In this document: piece by piece, positions 24,021 to 38,061 of the stretch
Numbering within the stretch: the first letter of the stretch is position 1
Layout: each line of letters starts with the position of its first letter
Assembly: GCA_964252035.1 (NCBI GenBank)
Contig: CAXUOO010000025.1
Strand: one strand, 5' to 3'
Source: Podarcis erhardii
Taxonomy: Eukaryota
DNA: 64,000 nucleotides
The notes under the pieces: generated by a model
Databases searched by the model: none
What the model was told of the DNA's origin: nothing
The model's input: only the letters and a program-made list of their open reading frames with translations
Position numbers and translations under genes: made by a program

Positions 24021-25704
24021 GTTGCGGTTCACAAAGCACACAGGCAACGGAAATGTTCAAAAGAGAAACCAAAAACATAATGAGAAAGAGATACGAAAGC
24101 AAATGCCACAGCTGCTGTTATTCTGTTTGCACCCACGCCACTGCTGCTGATGATTCAGTTTCTATTGCTTTTGCTCCCCTGACTGCTGCTGTTGTTGTTT
24201 TTACGGCTGCAAATCAGGGAAAACTCGGATGTGCTACTCACACTGCTGCAAGCGCATTAGGTGTGAAGGATATGAAGCAGCGGAGGGGGCACCGCACGCA
24301 CCTGCCCGCCCGTGGTGTGAATGTTTTTTCGAGCCGAGAATATCCTCGCAGAATCGCCAAATAGCATTCTCTTTCATTTTTTCAATATTTTGCGGCTGTC
24401 TGCCTGATAAAGAGCCGCTATTGCGGTGGAAAACACTTTCTTTGTAAACCGCTCAACTATTACTCTACACAGACACGATTGTAATCATGTACACGTATAC
24501 GTAGGTTTTCTCTCAAACGCAAGGTCTATGGATGTAAATCGATCACACTGATTATCCACAAAACACGACAGTCAGTAACAGAAAGTCTTCACTTGTATGA
24601 CCTAGCCGACCGAATCTGACCCACTTCACCAACATATACAACATGACCTTGACCTACATATACATATATATGCGTAGAAACGAAGTTTTTTATATGAATG
24701 CATGCGATGATGAAAGTAAATTGTTTGTCGAGTTGACTATGCAGTCTTCGGAAAAAGCAAACGCATGCACGCATGTGCGCATACTCTAAACAAGATAGCA
24801 AACTCAGCCACAGCAGCGTCAGCAGCAACACCTGCAGTGGCTTGAGTGTTGCAGCCGCTCTACTCACTGTCCCTTAATCACGTGATAATGCACACGTTGA
24901 AAAGTTCAACAAAACCAAAATACAGGTCGAGTTGGATAGCAGCGCAGAGCGATTTATTGTTCCTCCTGATGTTTCGACTGTCCGTTTGACTCATTTGGGT
25001 GTATCGACACCATCAAAACTGTCGCCAAGTATATACACCCGCAAGCTCACCGGTGTTTTCGCTTATAGTACATTATTTTTCCACTGTGTCGATTTTTTTT
25101 TCTTTCTTAAGGTTCTCTTCTCTTTTCTCTCTTCCCTTCCCCCGTGTGTCTCCGTTCTTTCTTTCCCTTCGTCGTGTGATCCATTTGTCTTTTGCTTTTC
25201 AATTTTTCGTGTACTTTAATCAACCTCCCTTACTCTCTGCCTTTAAAGGCGCCTCTTCAATTTTTTTATAACATTTATTTGTATATTTGTGCATATATCC
25301 TCTAGGTACCTCTGTTTACGTACACCTATACGAGATGTGTCTTCATACAGATAAAACTTATGTTTCAACAGGAGCAGTTTTTTGCAAGGGTGTCCCTTCT
25401 GTTTGACACGCGGTGCCTTCTGTTCTTCTGCTGCCTCTATTTCTCTGCTGCTGTTGCTGCCTCTGCTGCGGTTCATGCTTCTGCTGCTAATGTACGAGTA
25501 AGACGCTGGCGGGGAGATTATTTATGCGTTTTTGCACCAAGGGCAAACTTGCTGGTGTTATACATTCGCTTCATGTGTCTCTTTGTATATATATTTTTCA
25601 TGAAAATATACGCGTTGATGCTCCTTCCTCCGAGTTGTATTTATGGTATATGATTACAGTTTCATATACATAAGTATTCATGTAAAGTTCAGTTCACATC
25701 TATA

Positions 25705-25753
<49 letters not shown>

Positions 25754-26380
25754 ATCGTCTTACAGTAAACGTCATCGAAAAAGGTACCGACAAAAGCAGC
25801 TTATGGTATAAGGTAGAAACCGAGCTGGATATATGCCCACACTAATAATACATCAGGTAATACTGCATTTTTGCCTCATGGAGTCGCGCCACTTCGAGGA
25901 ATTATATATATATATATATATAAATATATGTATGGGCTGATCTATGAGTACACATATGGATTTGAAGAACATATATGTGAATTTCGTAGTAAGCATGCCT
26001 ACAATGTAGACCAAGTTTTTTTTTAGTGGGTAGAACTTTCATTTTTCGGGAACTCTCTATGAGTGGAAAACTCATCATTGAGTAAGGATGCATTTTCTCG
26101 TCCTTTGACAGCGAAGGTGCTTGCTCAATGAGTTTTTCGCATGCCTCTGACTCAGCTAGAATGTATTGCAGTTTTCATCTACATCGAACAATAGTGTCAC
26201 CTGTCTATACAAACAAATACACATATACGTCAAACACACGTGAACCATGTTCCTGTATAGAGGGAGTGGAAGTCTAGACACATGCAAATAGGTATGTCTG
26301 TGTCTGCCTTTACCCCAGCGAAGAGGTTTTTCCTCGAAAGGAAAAAGGCAGTATAGCGCCTGTAAACTGTAAGACTGGGG

Positions 26381-28231
26381 ATGATCATTAGGTCTCAAAA
26401 AATGAAGGTTTTTTACGAGAACACTCTGCATGCAGCAGGAGCAGCAGCAAAGCAGGCTGCAAAGTCGGTTAATGGTGCCACGTGGAAGATTCCATTTTTT
26501 TTCGAACCAGCAACGTTTGCGTGGAACTCAGGCACTGATAGAGTGGAGGCTCTGGTACGAGCATCCGTTCGAACGCAGAGCCAGCAGTATCGGAACCGAA
26601 ACCAGCAGCGAAGCAAAACTCACAACTTAGAACCGCTGCTGCTGCAGAAACAACAAGAACAACAAAGTAAAACTCAACAGTTTCTCGTTTTAGCACGGCA
26701 AAACCAGAGCGAGTCGCGGGATTTTTATGTACTCAGCCAGTTGTTGTTGTTGCAACAGGAGCAGCAGCAGCAGCGCCTGCGCTCTTTAGCCCAACAGACA
26801 AGAGGCTTCTGCATGAAGCAGCGTGCTTTGCAAGTTTGTGCGTCGCCTACTTTCTACTCAATTGCAACCGCTTCAGTAGCCGGTGCTGCAGCCCCACCAG
26901 CAGCAGAGCGTCGATTTTTGCAGCGTAGTCGGAGCTGCAGCTTTGTAGTTGGAGCAAACTACGCTGCTGCTGCTGCTTCAGAAAAGGGACAACAGCGGCA
27001 GCTTGCACAAACGGCTTCCTGTTGTTGCCACAGAAATAGCAGCTACGTCTGCAGACGTGGCTTCAACAACAGAAACAACTACAGGGACTGCCTGTTGGAA
27101 CCGAGCAGGCGGGCCTCTGCGCAGCATGCAGTGAAGATTCCTGGTTCCAGCAGAAACAACTGTTTCTGCAGTCTCTCGTCGTCAGACTTGAAGAGGTGCA
27201 GCAGCTCGAAGCAGGAAAGTGTTGTTTTTTTTCCACGGACTGTTGGTTGCCGCCATGGGCTTCACAGCCACAGTCCGCCTGTTTCTGCACTGGCAAGAGC
27301 TTCTCTGACTGCTTCCCAAAATTTCTCGACAAACTTGGAAACATACTGGACAACAGGGCCTGCGAGACTGGACCACTCGACTGGATTCATGCTGCCGCTG
27401 CAGAAGTCCCTTTTTTTTCGAAGGCCGACTTCAACTTCTGCAGCAGCGCGAAAAGCCAGTTTCCTTTGTTTCAGTCAAGCCGCTGCGCCTCGGCTAGCCT
27501 GTCTATTTGTACGTCGAAATGCAGTCCTTGAAGCTGCCTCTGCGACTACTGGAGATGCTGCGACTTCTAGTGAATTTGCCGATACGGATAACCACACACT
27601 TGCTGAGGCAAGTGCAACCAGAAATCCAGTTTCTGAAGCCACGAATGTGGCTGGTTCAGTGCCTCAAGGTGCAGACGAGAAGACAGAACTTATGTGTGCT
27701 GCTTCTGTATATACCAACAAAAGATGGGTTTTCGCTGCTCCTACGCTGGGAACGCTCGGCAGTGGCTGCGGTGTGCCTGCTTTGGGCCTAGACCACAACT
27801 GCGGTCGATTCAAAGTGGCGCTACGTCAGCAGTCAAAACACCAGAAAACTGCGCAGAATTGGTGGTCTTTTTTGGCTTCTCGGTCTTTTGCAGGAGAGCC
27901 ACGCTTGCGCAACAAAACAACTAGCGGCCACACTTCTGAATGGATCAAGCGACAAATCACAGATCGTTATGTTTTACGTGCTCAGGAGGTAGGAACAGCT
28001 GCTTCCATGTGCCCTTTTTTGGAATCTAATCCGTTTGGAAAACTTCTCATGACACACAGAGACACTTCTCAATTCCGAACACTTAGAGATTACCCCTAAA
28101 GAAGATCGCGTAGTCGTCTACAATTACATATGTACAATTCAAGAACTATACCTGAAACTTACCATAATCTGTCTTCAATTACATATATGAAAGTCAACCA
28201 CCTATACCTGGAACTTGTCGTAATGAGAAAG

Positions 28232-28268
<37 letters not shown>

Positions 28269-30822
28269 CGGTGAAGTGATGGGTGTTGCCGCTATATACT
28301 ACGAAGTAGATTCTAGCGCGTTCTTTTGGTGCAAGGACGGCTGAGGGGGGCAATCACAGATATCTTTACAAACGCACTACGAAGTCGCAGTATGTGTGCG
28401 GATTTGATATATATATATATATGTATGTATAAACTGGCACATGCTGCCATTTGTTTGTTGCCGTTTCCATAGGTATTGTCACAACTGCTGCAAATTCTGT
28501 GCAGGTGCTCAAGCAAGTAAAACTTCTGTGCTTCTGGAATATTTTGCCAGGTTTTGGTACTCCTCTGCTATTTTCATTGAGCAGTAGTCCATGACACATA
28601 TGGCTGTATGACTATAGTCACTTGCATAGAGGGTCACCCACATATCTGTACATATGTGGGTATCATGCGTATAAATCTTGGATACTGTCTGATACGACTT
28701 CACGTAACTCTAATCCAGCGGTTTAACAGTGTTTAGAGAACAGCTAGTTAAATTTGCTTTCTCCATAATCATAAATTTTTCAATTCAGCTGCATATAATA
28801 CATATATATGTGTATATAATATAAACGCGTATGAGCAAGCTTGTACAATATACATATATATATATATATATATTTCTTTCTTTATTTATTTATAGTTTTA
28901 CCATGCATTTGTGAGTACTGTACCACATCTTAGCAGCACTTATAGCTAAGCAGATGTACGACTCTTCCATTCTCTAGCTCAAGCTCAACTTTCATTTCGC
29001 TGAGCACTTGTATGTCCATGTGTGCAATGAATCTACACATTTTCGATATTAAAACAGATCTATGAATGAAAATGCTTACAAATGGATGTGCATATGTTAC
29101 GACTTTGCGCAGCGCAATTATCGCAGTCGCGCAGCGTTTAAGCTTGAGCAACTAGACGACGCTTATCTCTTTTTCAGGCGTGATCAGGTAGTTGTTGATT
29201 TAGGCGCTTATCCTGGAAGTTGGAGTCAGGTGGCTTCTGAACGAATTGACGTACAACCACAAGAGCATCATCCACCATCAACTCGAAGCGGCAGTCAAGG
29301 ACTTGTCATTGCTGTCGATCCTGTTGCTATAGAGCCAGTAAGTTGCTCGTGATTCTTTCGCTTCATCTCATTGTCTCCAGTTTTACCGAAAAAAGAAATT
29401 CATCACGCATTCCATGTATATATATATATGATTATGTATATTATCCATCGATTTTTTACGTATATATGTATCGATATCTGTTGAACTTTTCACAATTGTA
29501 TAGAGGGATTGTGAAAGTATAGTGTGCCTACATCGGCGTTTTGCAGCTTCGAAGGTCGCGATTCAGAGTCTGAAGAGTTCCTCTTCGACGATTACTTCAT
29601 CAAATTTTTTGATGATGTAAATATTCATGGGTAGAATGAAGTCCTTACGTTTAACATGGCATGTTAGAACATGCGTGCAACCTTTCACAGCAGCAGGTCG
29701 CTACTGCGAAAGAAGTAGTTATTCGGTTCGCATTTTCTGCTAATGTTCAAAAACATGATATTTGTGCACATGTGAAAAAATTTATGCACACGTCGTTGTT
29801 GCTAGATTATTGACCGGTTTTACAGAATTTTACAACTGTAGCAGACGACGTCCTGTGTCTATAGGACTACACCTTAGAATCTACGCATGCGTATGTGACA
29901 AAAGTCCACTGTAGCACATATGCGTATGAATATACACAGAGTAGCTTCAAATCTCAATAAAGTGAAATATCTTCGAACGTATGAAACGACCGAGCATATA
30001 GACACCCTTATCTCCCTTGAAAACTAGTGCACGCAGGCGGGTGTGCAAGTAAGGGTCTAGACAAGCTGTACGTGGTTTTCTAGGGCTGATTTTGTGAGTA
30101 AAAAAAAAGGCGGTATATATGCACCGCTTTTGCATATGCAGTCATTACATATGAATTTGAACGCACAGATTCAAAGGCGCACTGCTTCATAGCTGTGTGT
30201 ATGTTTTTTTCCACTTTCTGACTGACTACATGTGAGCGCTTTTTTTGGTGTGCTCGTATAGTTACCGAATGTGCGGTTTATTCAGGGGAGTGTGGGACAG
30301 GCAGGCACCCTGTTCACAGTCCTTGAAGAACTAGGGGAACGAAAGGCAGATGTAGTACTAAGTGATATGTCTCCCGCTTGCATTGGCATTCCCCAAGATG
30401 ATCACTTAAATTCTGCGGAGCTTTGTTTGTATGCTGCAGATCTAATGGAGCAGGTGAGGACTCTGTCAGTGACTGAAAACTCACCCTGAGAATCATATTC
30501 TTCCTGCACCTGTGCTTCTGGTATCCGGATAGTATGACTTTGTCCAGGAAAACATAGGCGGCACACATCTGATCTCTCACTTTTTGTGACTTAAGTATAC
30601 GCTAAATATTTGTGTGTGCAATATATGGACAAATTTGCATGAATGCGTACACCTATAAACTATAGATGTGTATACATTTATACAGATATCTGTAAGTATG
30701 TACAATATTCTACGAAAAAGTGCTAACTACTGAAAACATGCGGCGCGCTCGTTGCCGTCCGTTTCCTTTGCCACACCTTACGACATCTAGAAATATAAGT
30801 CTTCAAGAAATATTTGTATACA

Positions 30823-30853
<31 letters not shown>

Positions 30854-33123
30854 GTATATATATATATATATGTACTTCCGAAGGCTCTTGGATAAGAATA
30901 ATGTAGGCGCAATTTGCCATTTTTTCCGCGCTACTCTTTTACAAGCTGCAGTCATGCATACACGCATTTTACCTCTATATGCATGTGATAGACAATATTT
31001 CATGGTACTTTGAATATGAAACGTTGAAGTTTTCGGTCTTCACGTGCTTGTATATTGCAGCTTCGTCGCATAGGTGAGTTTTTAAGCTGTAGATACAGGC
31101 GTTTTTTTGGCAGAATTTCCCTGTTTGTTTTTTTTTACGCTCATGGTAGAAGTGATCTTAGTAAAAAGTCGTGAATTTCAGCTTTCAGGTATGTTCGCGC
31201 ATCCACACACTTCAATGCTCAGCGTAACTGAACGAATATGGACATATATATATATATATATATATATGGAAAGAGGGAGAGAGAGAAAGACGGAGAGAGT
31301 AAAATCAACCAGTAGATTTATGTATATAGACAGAAGCTCGGGTTGGGGTGTGAGTGTAAAGTTTTGCTCGAACTCAGTTCATTGAGAAGGAGCAATAACC
31401 TTTATATTTTCACATGTATATGTGTGTATGTGTCGATATGACGCTTGAACACATGGAGATGAGCTGAAAGCAACATACAAAGGCTGAGAGGTCTCGAAAT
31501 GGTAGCAACTTCACTAGGCCTTTGTGGCATCCAATTTTTCGTGCATGGTTCCACATATCCGGAATGAGGCAGAGAGCAGTGTTTGAAAATATTTATGTAT
31601 GTATAGAGACACAGATTTATATGACTATGGTCATGCTGTAAATCTGTACTGAAGCGGTTGCGGTCAAACGCAGAACAAACAAGAGAACTTTTTGTACTAT
31701 TCGCACAGGTACTGAAGCTCGGTGGCACATTTGTGGTAAAAATGTTCATGGGGAGCGAAACTAACAACTACAAAGTTTACTTGAAGACGCGATTTAAAGA
31801 AGGTTTCGTCTGCAAAACCTAGGTACAATTGTATGTCCCAGCAGAAATTTTAATTCAATGTTTCACTTTCGGTCGCTGTATTGCAAACTTGATACGACTT
31901 CTTAGAGTATTGCGTAAAAATGATTTGAGAGAAACTCGAATGTATGCATGTATATGGTAAAAGTGTGATTATATCTGTGACATTGTGTCTGCTACAAGAA
32001 TATCCACTGTAAATGTAGATCTTCTTATATCTAAATATATCCACATATACATATATATATATATATGTCTATCTATAAACAGCATGTGTATGGGAAATCG
32101 CCTGGAAAAAGATGTGCAATGTATGTTTGAGATATTGTGGCAGAAAATGTACACGCTTACACTTCTCCTCTTTGCTGCCCATTGAAATATTGCGTTTGCT
32201 CGTTTGAAACGTGCTAAAGGCATTAGAAGCCCACACACACGCAGGCGCAAGGCTCTATCGAGATACGTAGGCAAACACTACAAAAGTAATCATTCTGGTG
32301 TAATGATGTATGCTCGTGCTCTCACACGAGGTGCTCTAGTGGGTCGTTGCGTAGTGTGGCCACGAATAAATTTCTTTCAATTGTTCACGAATACACTGAT
32401 CTAGTGCTTTGTAAACAAATTATACGTGTGGAACTGAAAGGTATGTGCTCACAAATCGTGGGCTTTCTACTTAAAGATGCAATTACAGATTGTGGAACTA
32501 GACGTGATTGAGTAATTGTCGACTGGTTACGTTGTCAAAAACGACAACGACTGACCAATACTCGAGTGGTTGAGCGCCTGAAAAGTCTTTATAAAAGTTC
32601 ATGTCCGCATAAACAATAGTCTTCAACCTTCAATCCGGTTTTCTGTCCGTTCGTGCAATGGAGCCACGTATTCGCGCAGCGTAGTTGAGTTGCTACATGT
32701 GTCACGGTAACTTGTTTCTATCGCTTGGTTTCCTTTACTTGGCAGCTGCTGTACCTTTGTGTAGCAGCATAAAGTTCGTTAGTTAAGCCGGTGTTCTCAT
32801 CAAATTTGTCGCATCCACTATTTCGTCTAACTAGGGCGGTTTTTGCTGTGTAGTTCTGCTACTGAGTTGTGCTTCTGGAGCCAAGTCGTCGCCCCGCTCT
32901 TTTGAAGTAAGTCAATTTCAAAGTGTCCCCTTCTCACCCAGACAGGAAGCACGCAATTGAGTGTACACGTCAGTCAACTGATTGCTTATGATCACTCTGC
33001 AGAGCATCGAGAGCGGAGTCCCGGGAAATGTTTTTCGTTTGTCAAGGATTTCTCGGCCGCCCTAAAATAGAAGAAGAAACTCAAATAAAAGGCTCTTTTA
33101 GCGCAAATGAAGGTTATCGCTGA
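26381..33123 (+). CDS. MRM2: RlmE/FtsJ-family rRNA 2'-O-methyltransferase (MRM2-like) with a long low-complexity N-terminal extension; one apparent +1 frame break in exon 4
   Basis: Exons 26381-27988, 29113-29337, 30262-30453, 31709-31822, 33003-33123. Motifs: EWIKRQITDRYVLRAQE-RNYRSRAAFKL, VVDLGAYPGSWSQV, VLSDMSP, GGTFVVKMF, (KKVSSAKPR)ASRAESREMFFVC, giving the K-D-K-E tetrad. As written, exon 4 reads FKEGFVCKT*; removing one A at 31796-31798 restores FKKVSSAKPR in phase with the last exon. The start codon is uncertain. Confidence 0.9.
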
Positions 33124-34091
33124 TTTTTTATAGCTAGTGGTTGGCAATTTGGCTGCCATCAATTTCATTATTTCATTGTTGAGTAGAGGGAAAGAGAATT
33201 CTCCAGTACCATGCAATGAATTCCGCAAGTGGGGATCCCGAACTGTAAAGATAGTCTGATGTAGAGTTATCTTCTACGATATCAACCCTATGCAATCGAT
33301 TCCGTAGTCGGAGATGCTGTACTCTAGATATATCCAGTACGCCCTATATACGTCCAGTATCAATACTAGCATTAGGAAATGTGCTGTACTGCTTTTCTAC
33401 GGTCGAGCTACACTATAGCAGCATTTTGATTCGACACAAAGAGATCCGGTAGCTATATACCGTTGTCACAATTTTCCATACCTTCTTGTACTACTGTTTG
33501 ACGGTCGAGTTGCACTGTAGCAATGCGTATGTCATGTAAAAATGAAATGGTCAACTATCTCAGTTTCTTTGTGCGAATGCGGAAACAAATACGACTAATT
33601 TATTTTTATTTGCTGTGAGACGGCACCAGCCGGAAATTTTGAATTATCTGAACATATATACATCCATATCGACTTATGGGTACTATGTGGGATACGTGTG
33701 AAACTTACTCCATAGTGATAATAAAAATAGCGTTTAACAAAACCGGCTTAACATCTGAACCACCCAAGTTCCTTGTATCGAAGTCATCGATATACCTAAT
33801 TACAAGGTCTCAATGATGTCTTTTTGGTGGAAGCCGCTGTTTTGATTGTTCTGTTTCACAAGTTACATGCTCATCAGCAACAATTTTGTATGTATGACAC
33901 CACTACCTTGTTTCTCTCGCTGCTTTAAACTACGACAAATTGCAATATACTCAGTAAGATTTTAAGGAATTTGATATCGTACACGATCGTCCGAAATTGA
34001 TGGAGAATCTGCAACAGATACCAGTGTGAACGGTGGTGTTGTGTTAAACTCTTCACAACCCTTAATTCTCGCAAAGACCACCTGAATACCG

Positions 34092-34161
34092 ACAAGCATG
34101 TTTGTGTTTCACAAGAGTCTCCATCTCAACAAGCATGTTTGTGTTTCACAAGTGCCTCCAT
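34092..34161. repeat. Two-copy direct repeat (33-bp core, 37-bp period)
   Basis: acaagcatgtttgtgtttcacaagagtctccat at 34092 and acaagcatgtttgtgtttcacaagtgcctccat at 34129. Confidence 0.9.
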
Positions 34162-37077
34162 TTGGAATATGGTTTTCCGTGGCCTTATCTAGACAAATAA
34201 AGAAGACATGCAGATCTGATACAGAGTTTGTGTCACGCCAGATCAACACATGTTCGATGTTATTTTTCATAAGGCATGATCAAGTTGCTTGCAACGCTAC
34301 GTGCGGTGAATGCATGTGCCGTATACTAGTGTGCATGGTTACCTGCTCACACATAAATACATATGTGTATTGTTCTTTTACAGTGAAATATGATACTTTT
34401 TTGCCGAAGACGAAGTTGAAAAGAGGTGCCACGGGCGTGCAGAAAGCATATTTGTGCATGAAGCTATATCAAGTCTAACATATTTGATGTCGCGAAACAT
34501 ACAAGTTACCATTGTATAACTGTCGTCTCCATCAAACGCTGCGGCTGCCTTAACATATGGGATCGGTAGTGAAGGTAGTTCTGTGTGCTATAACAGCTGC
34601 AGTCTAAGTTTGCACTAGCTCTTGGTACATCTGTGGCCCTGCTGGTACAATGGCCTGCTTCCACAAACTGAGCTGCTGCTTCTAACCTACCGTAAAAGTG
34701 TAGGGCACTCCACGTGATACTTGATTGAATTCCTGAGAAAGGCTAGGGCAAAAAATTGAGCAAACGCTGGGGAAACTGTAGAAATCACTTCATATATATG
34801 GGCTTGTTGTGAAATGGTTTTTTCAATGCTGGCCAGCTCACCAGTACATTTCTGCAAAAGGCACTCCCACAGTTTACTCCGGAACCACAGAGATAGTCGT
34901 AGATTTGTTGTTTACCAGATGCGGACACAGTAAGTGGAAGCAGCGCTGGCTGTAACCAGAATTATATCTGCACATAAGAGCAGTCATTTCCGGGTAACCC
35001 TTATATGCTGTACATAATGTGTTCGTCGCTGGAAGACGGTGTAGTCAAATCTTTTCCTGTACGAGCCGTTCGGTTCACCATCTTGACTATTCGTGAGAAA
35101 CACACTACCGATTAGTCCGCTTGTATTAGAAAAAAACGTAGACAGCAAAGATGCTTGCTTCTAGTTCAGGCACTACTTGCCCCCAAACATATTTGTTAAA
35201 TACTCTTACCAGACATATGGTCACAGTTTATAATTATAGACGCAGCAGTTCAATATTTGTGGTTGTAGGCGAACGTGACGTCTGCGACTACGCATGCTAA
35301 GTGGCATGGTGTAAACAAGGCATTTACATATTATATGCGGTAACTACATTGTCTGGTAAAGCTTCTTAAGACCGAAACGAATAGCTTCTGCACAGCATTC
35401 ACGAAAGCAACTTTTTTTAAAAAAAGAGAGGTAAAGGGAGTCATTTCATATGACATGAAACGTTTGCAAAGCTTTCAGAAAGTTTCTTATTTGCTGCTCT
35501 GCGTTCGAGTTTTTGTATGGCGCCTTCTTGGGTTAACGGCGATGTTACTCGCTGCTGTATATACCATAGTGGATCACATTAAATTATGAACTCGTGGCTA
35601 ATGTTGCACTGTTAGATATATCACACTGGATTGCGATAATTTCCCCACCGAACTAGAAGGTGCATTGTAAAAAACGTCGCTGGTAAGCCATTTGTACAAT
35701 CTTTTTTTTTTTATGCCAGCGCCGCGGGGTTGCAGAACAATAACAGGACTCTACAGGATAAAACACAATTCAGACATACCTTCACCAGAACTGAGGACGT
35801 TTGCACGCTGGTCAGAAGCATCCTTCATGGCAAAAATATCGAATGCACCGCCATCAGGGCATAAAGTTTGCCGTAGGGATAGTCATAGACGAACTGCTGC
35901 CAAACGACGAATCTAGACATGTATTACTTGAAGGTCAACCACTGTCAACGAATAAGTTGTACAGCAGAGCAATATTGCATAAACATGTCAAGAAAATTTG
36001 TGGGTTCCTCAGCGCATACTCATCTAAAAAAAATTAACGAGCAAACAACAAACTTGAACATTATACAACAATTTCAGTCTCGCACAGAAAGTTTTGGTGA
36101 GCATGAAGCAGAGTTGTTAAATTATTGCACCGCTCAAAGTTTTGAACTTGCATGCGTATCAACAAGTCTCCACCCTTGTGTACAAGTACTGAAACATATA
36201 TAAAAACTTATATTAACGAATAAACTTGATTGAGAATAAAGTAGATCAATTTGACAGCACACGCTCCCGCTGCCACTACAGACCCGCAGAATACACCGCA
36301 AAAGCGTGCAGCGGCCCGAATTCGATAATTAAAATTGGATTAAGCGGTTGGATAATTCGCTAATATCCGATCTGTGCATCACTCGTGATGTGGTGAGTGC
36401 TACACAAAAAGTGCAGACCATATGTTTGCTAGCGCAAACTTTCGGATGAGATCACCCAATCGAATTGGTCAAAGTATCACAACATCTCATCAGCCTAGCC
36501 GTATCCTTAAACTGGACTGTACTCAAGCGTGGGTGATTGAACGGTCAAAACTTCAAAACGGGGAGTCGAAGACTCCTCTCATCATTGAGCATGTTCGACT
36601 ATGTAATGAGAAAATCTTGCACATATGAAGGAATACACGGTTGTAGCTACATAAATACAATTCCATTCAAGAAGTTTCTACAACGGTTTTTAGTGTCGTT
36701 ATCTCAAGAAGAATCGCTGCTGGAAGGTGCGCAAAGCGAATATGGCGTCCATTTGCTATAAATTTGAAGTGTTTTTCTTCAGCTCGCTATTTGTCATCTT
36801 AAGTGTTCGTTGTGTTGTTTGAAAGTTGGACGCTCTTTATCACTTGACGCATTTGCCTTTCTTTGGCAAAGCCGAGTCCCTCGACAGCCAAAAATGACTG
36901 ATTCGTAGCAGACGATTTTATGCTCTTCGATTTCCTTTCGATGCTTTTGATACTTATAATCCCTCTGCTACATAAAGTTTATATCAACTCTTTGAGTAAT
37001 TTTTCAGTCGCTTGATCTTTCAGCGTTTGACAGTATAAATGACGTTTCAATCGTTATATTTGGGAAAAACTTTCGCT

Positions 37078-37923
37078 CTAACGTCTCGCTCTCCTCTCTT
37101 TACCATTTTTCCTGCGCGTACTGCTCGCAGTAAGCGCTTTTCTTCCAAGTGAGCATGGACGACGACGCAGCTGCATTTCCATATAGAGCTGCGGTGCATT
37201 CAATTCCTCATCTACTACCATATCTTCGTGTCCCTTGAATCCCAATCGCGTGTAAAAAGTAACCGCTGCATACGTCAACAAATACAAGATCAAGAAACAA
37301 TTGCATCGAATTATCAGTATGTGTTCATAAATTCCATGTTTGAAAAGATTTTCCCGAACAATAACATATATTAGAAAAAATTAAATAGTAGCCCGTACAA
37401 AGCGCGCACTACATTTTTGATCTGTTTGAAATGATGAGCAGCACTGCGGAAGATGTAGCCGTCTCTCTTTGTACAGGGGATCATTCGGCAAAGCACGCCT
37501 ACGCAAATAATTGCAAAACTAGACTGTATTCTGCGATTCATTTGCTCTATAGTAGAATTTCATAAACATACCGACGATAGACTTTCATTAGAAAATTCCG
37601 CATTTCTGCGCTACGAATTCAACGAAGAATGACCACTAAGACGTCTCAATATTCACAAATATGCATGATACAGAGTAAATCAATGATTTTTTAGTTGTGC
37701 TCGTAAGAATATTTGACCATGAGAATACTCTGAAGGATACTAACCTACATACATATGTTATTGCAGACATATTATTTCAGTATGCATCAACATGCATATC
37801 CATGTTATTATTTCCCCCATATGTGTATGAAGATATTTCTAAGCATTTTCCTACACAGGGCGCTAAAAAACTGTATAATATATAAAGGTAAATATACGGC
37901 TATGTTTGTTGAAATATGTCACG

Positions 37924-37959
<36 letters not shown>

Positions 37960-38025
37960 CGGTTTGAAACACTTGATATCTGTAATTATTGACAACTAAG
38001 ACACTGATATGTATTAACAAAAGAA

Positions 38026-38061
<36 letters not shown>

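Noticed and set aside
17041-24080. Dozens of overlapping or antisense ORFs (up to 242 aa) inside the TEL2 region
   Set aside because: These are shadow ORFs from stop-poor triplet repeats within a GC-richer CDS; only the 2428-aa frame carries conserved motifs.
29590-29720. Intronic box C/D snoRNA (TGATGA near 29610)
   Set aside because: No matching CTGA D box or terminal stem at a suitable distance.
34092-34161. Possible CRISPR-like repeats (also 62349-62408 and 17489-17577)
   Set aside because: There are only 2-4 adjacent copies with no unique spacers, no cas genes, and the context is eukaryotic.
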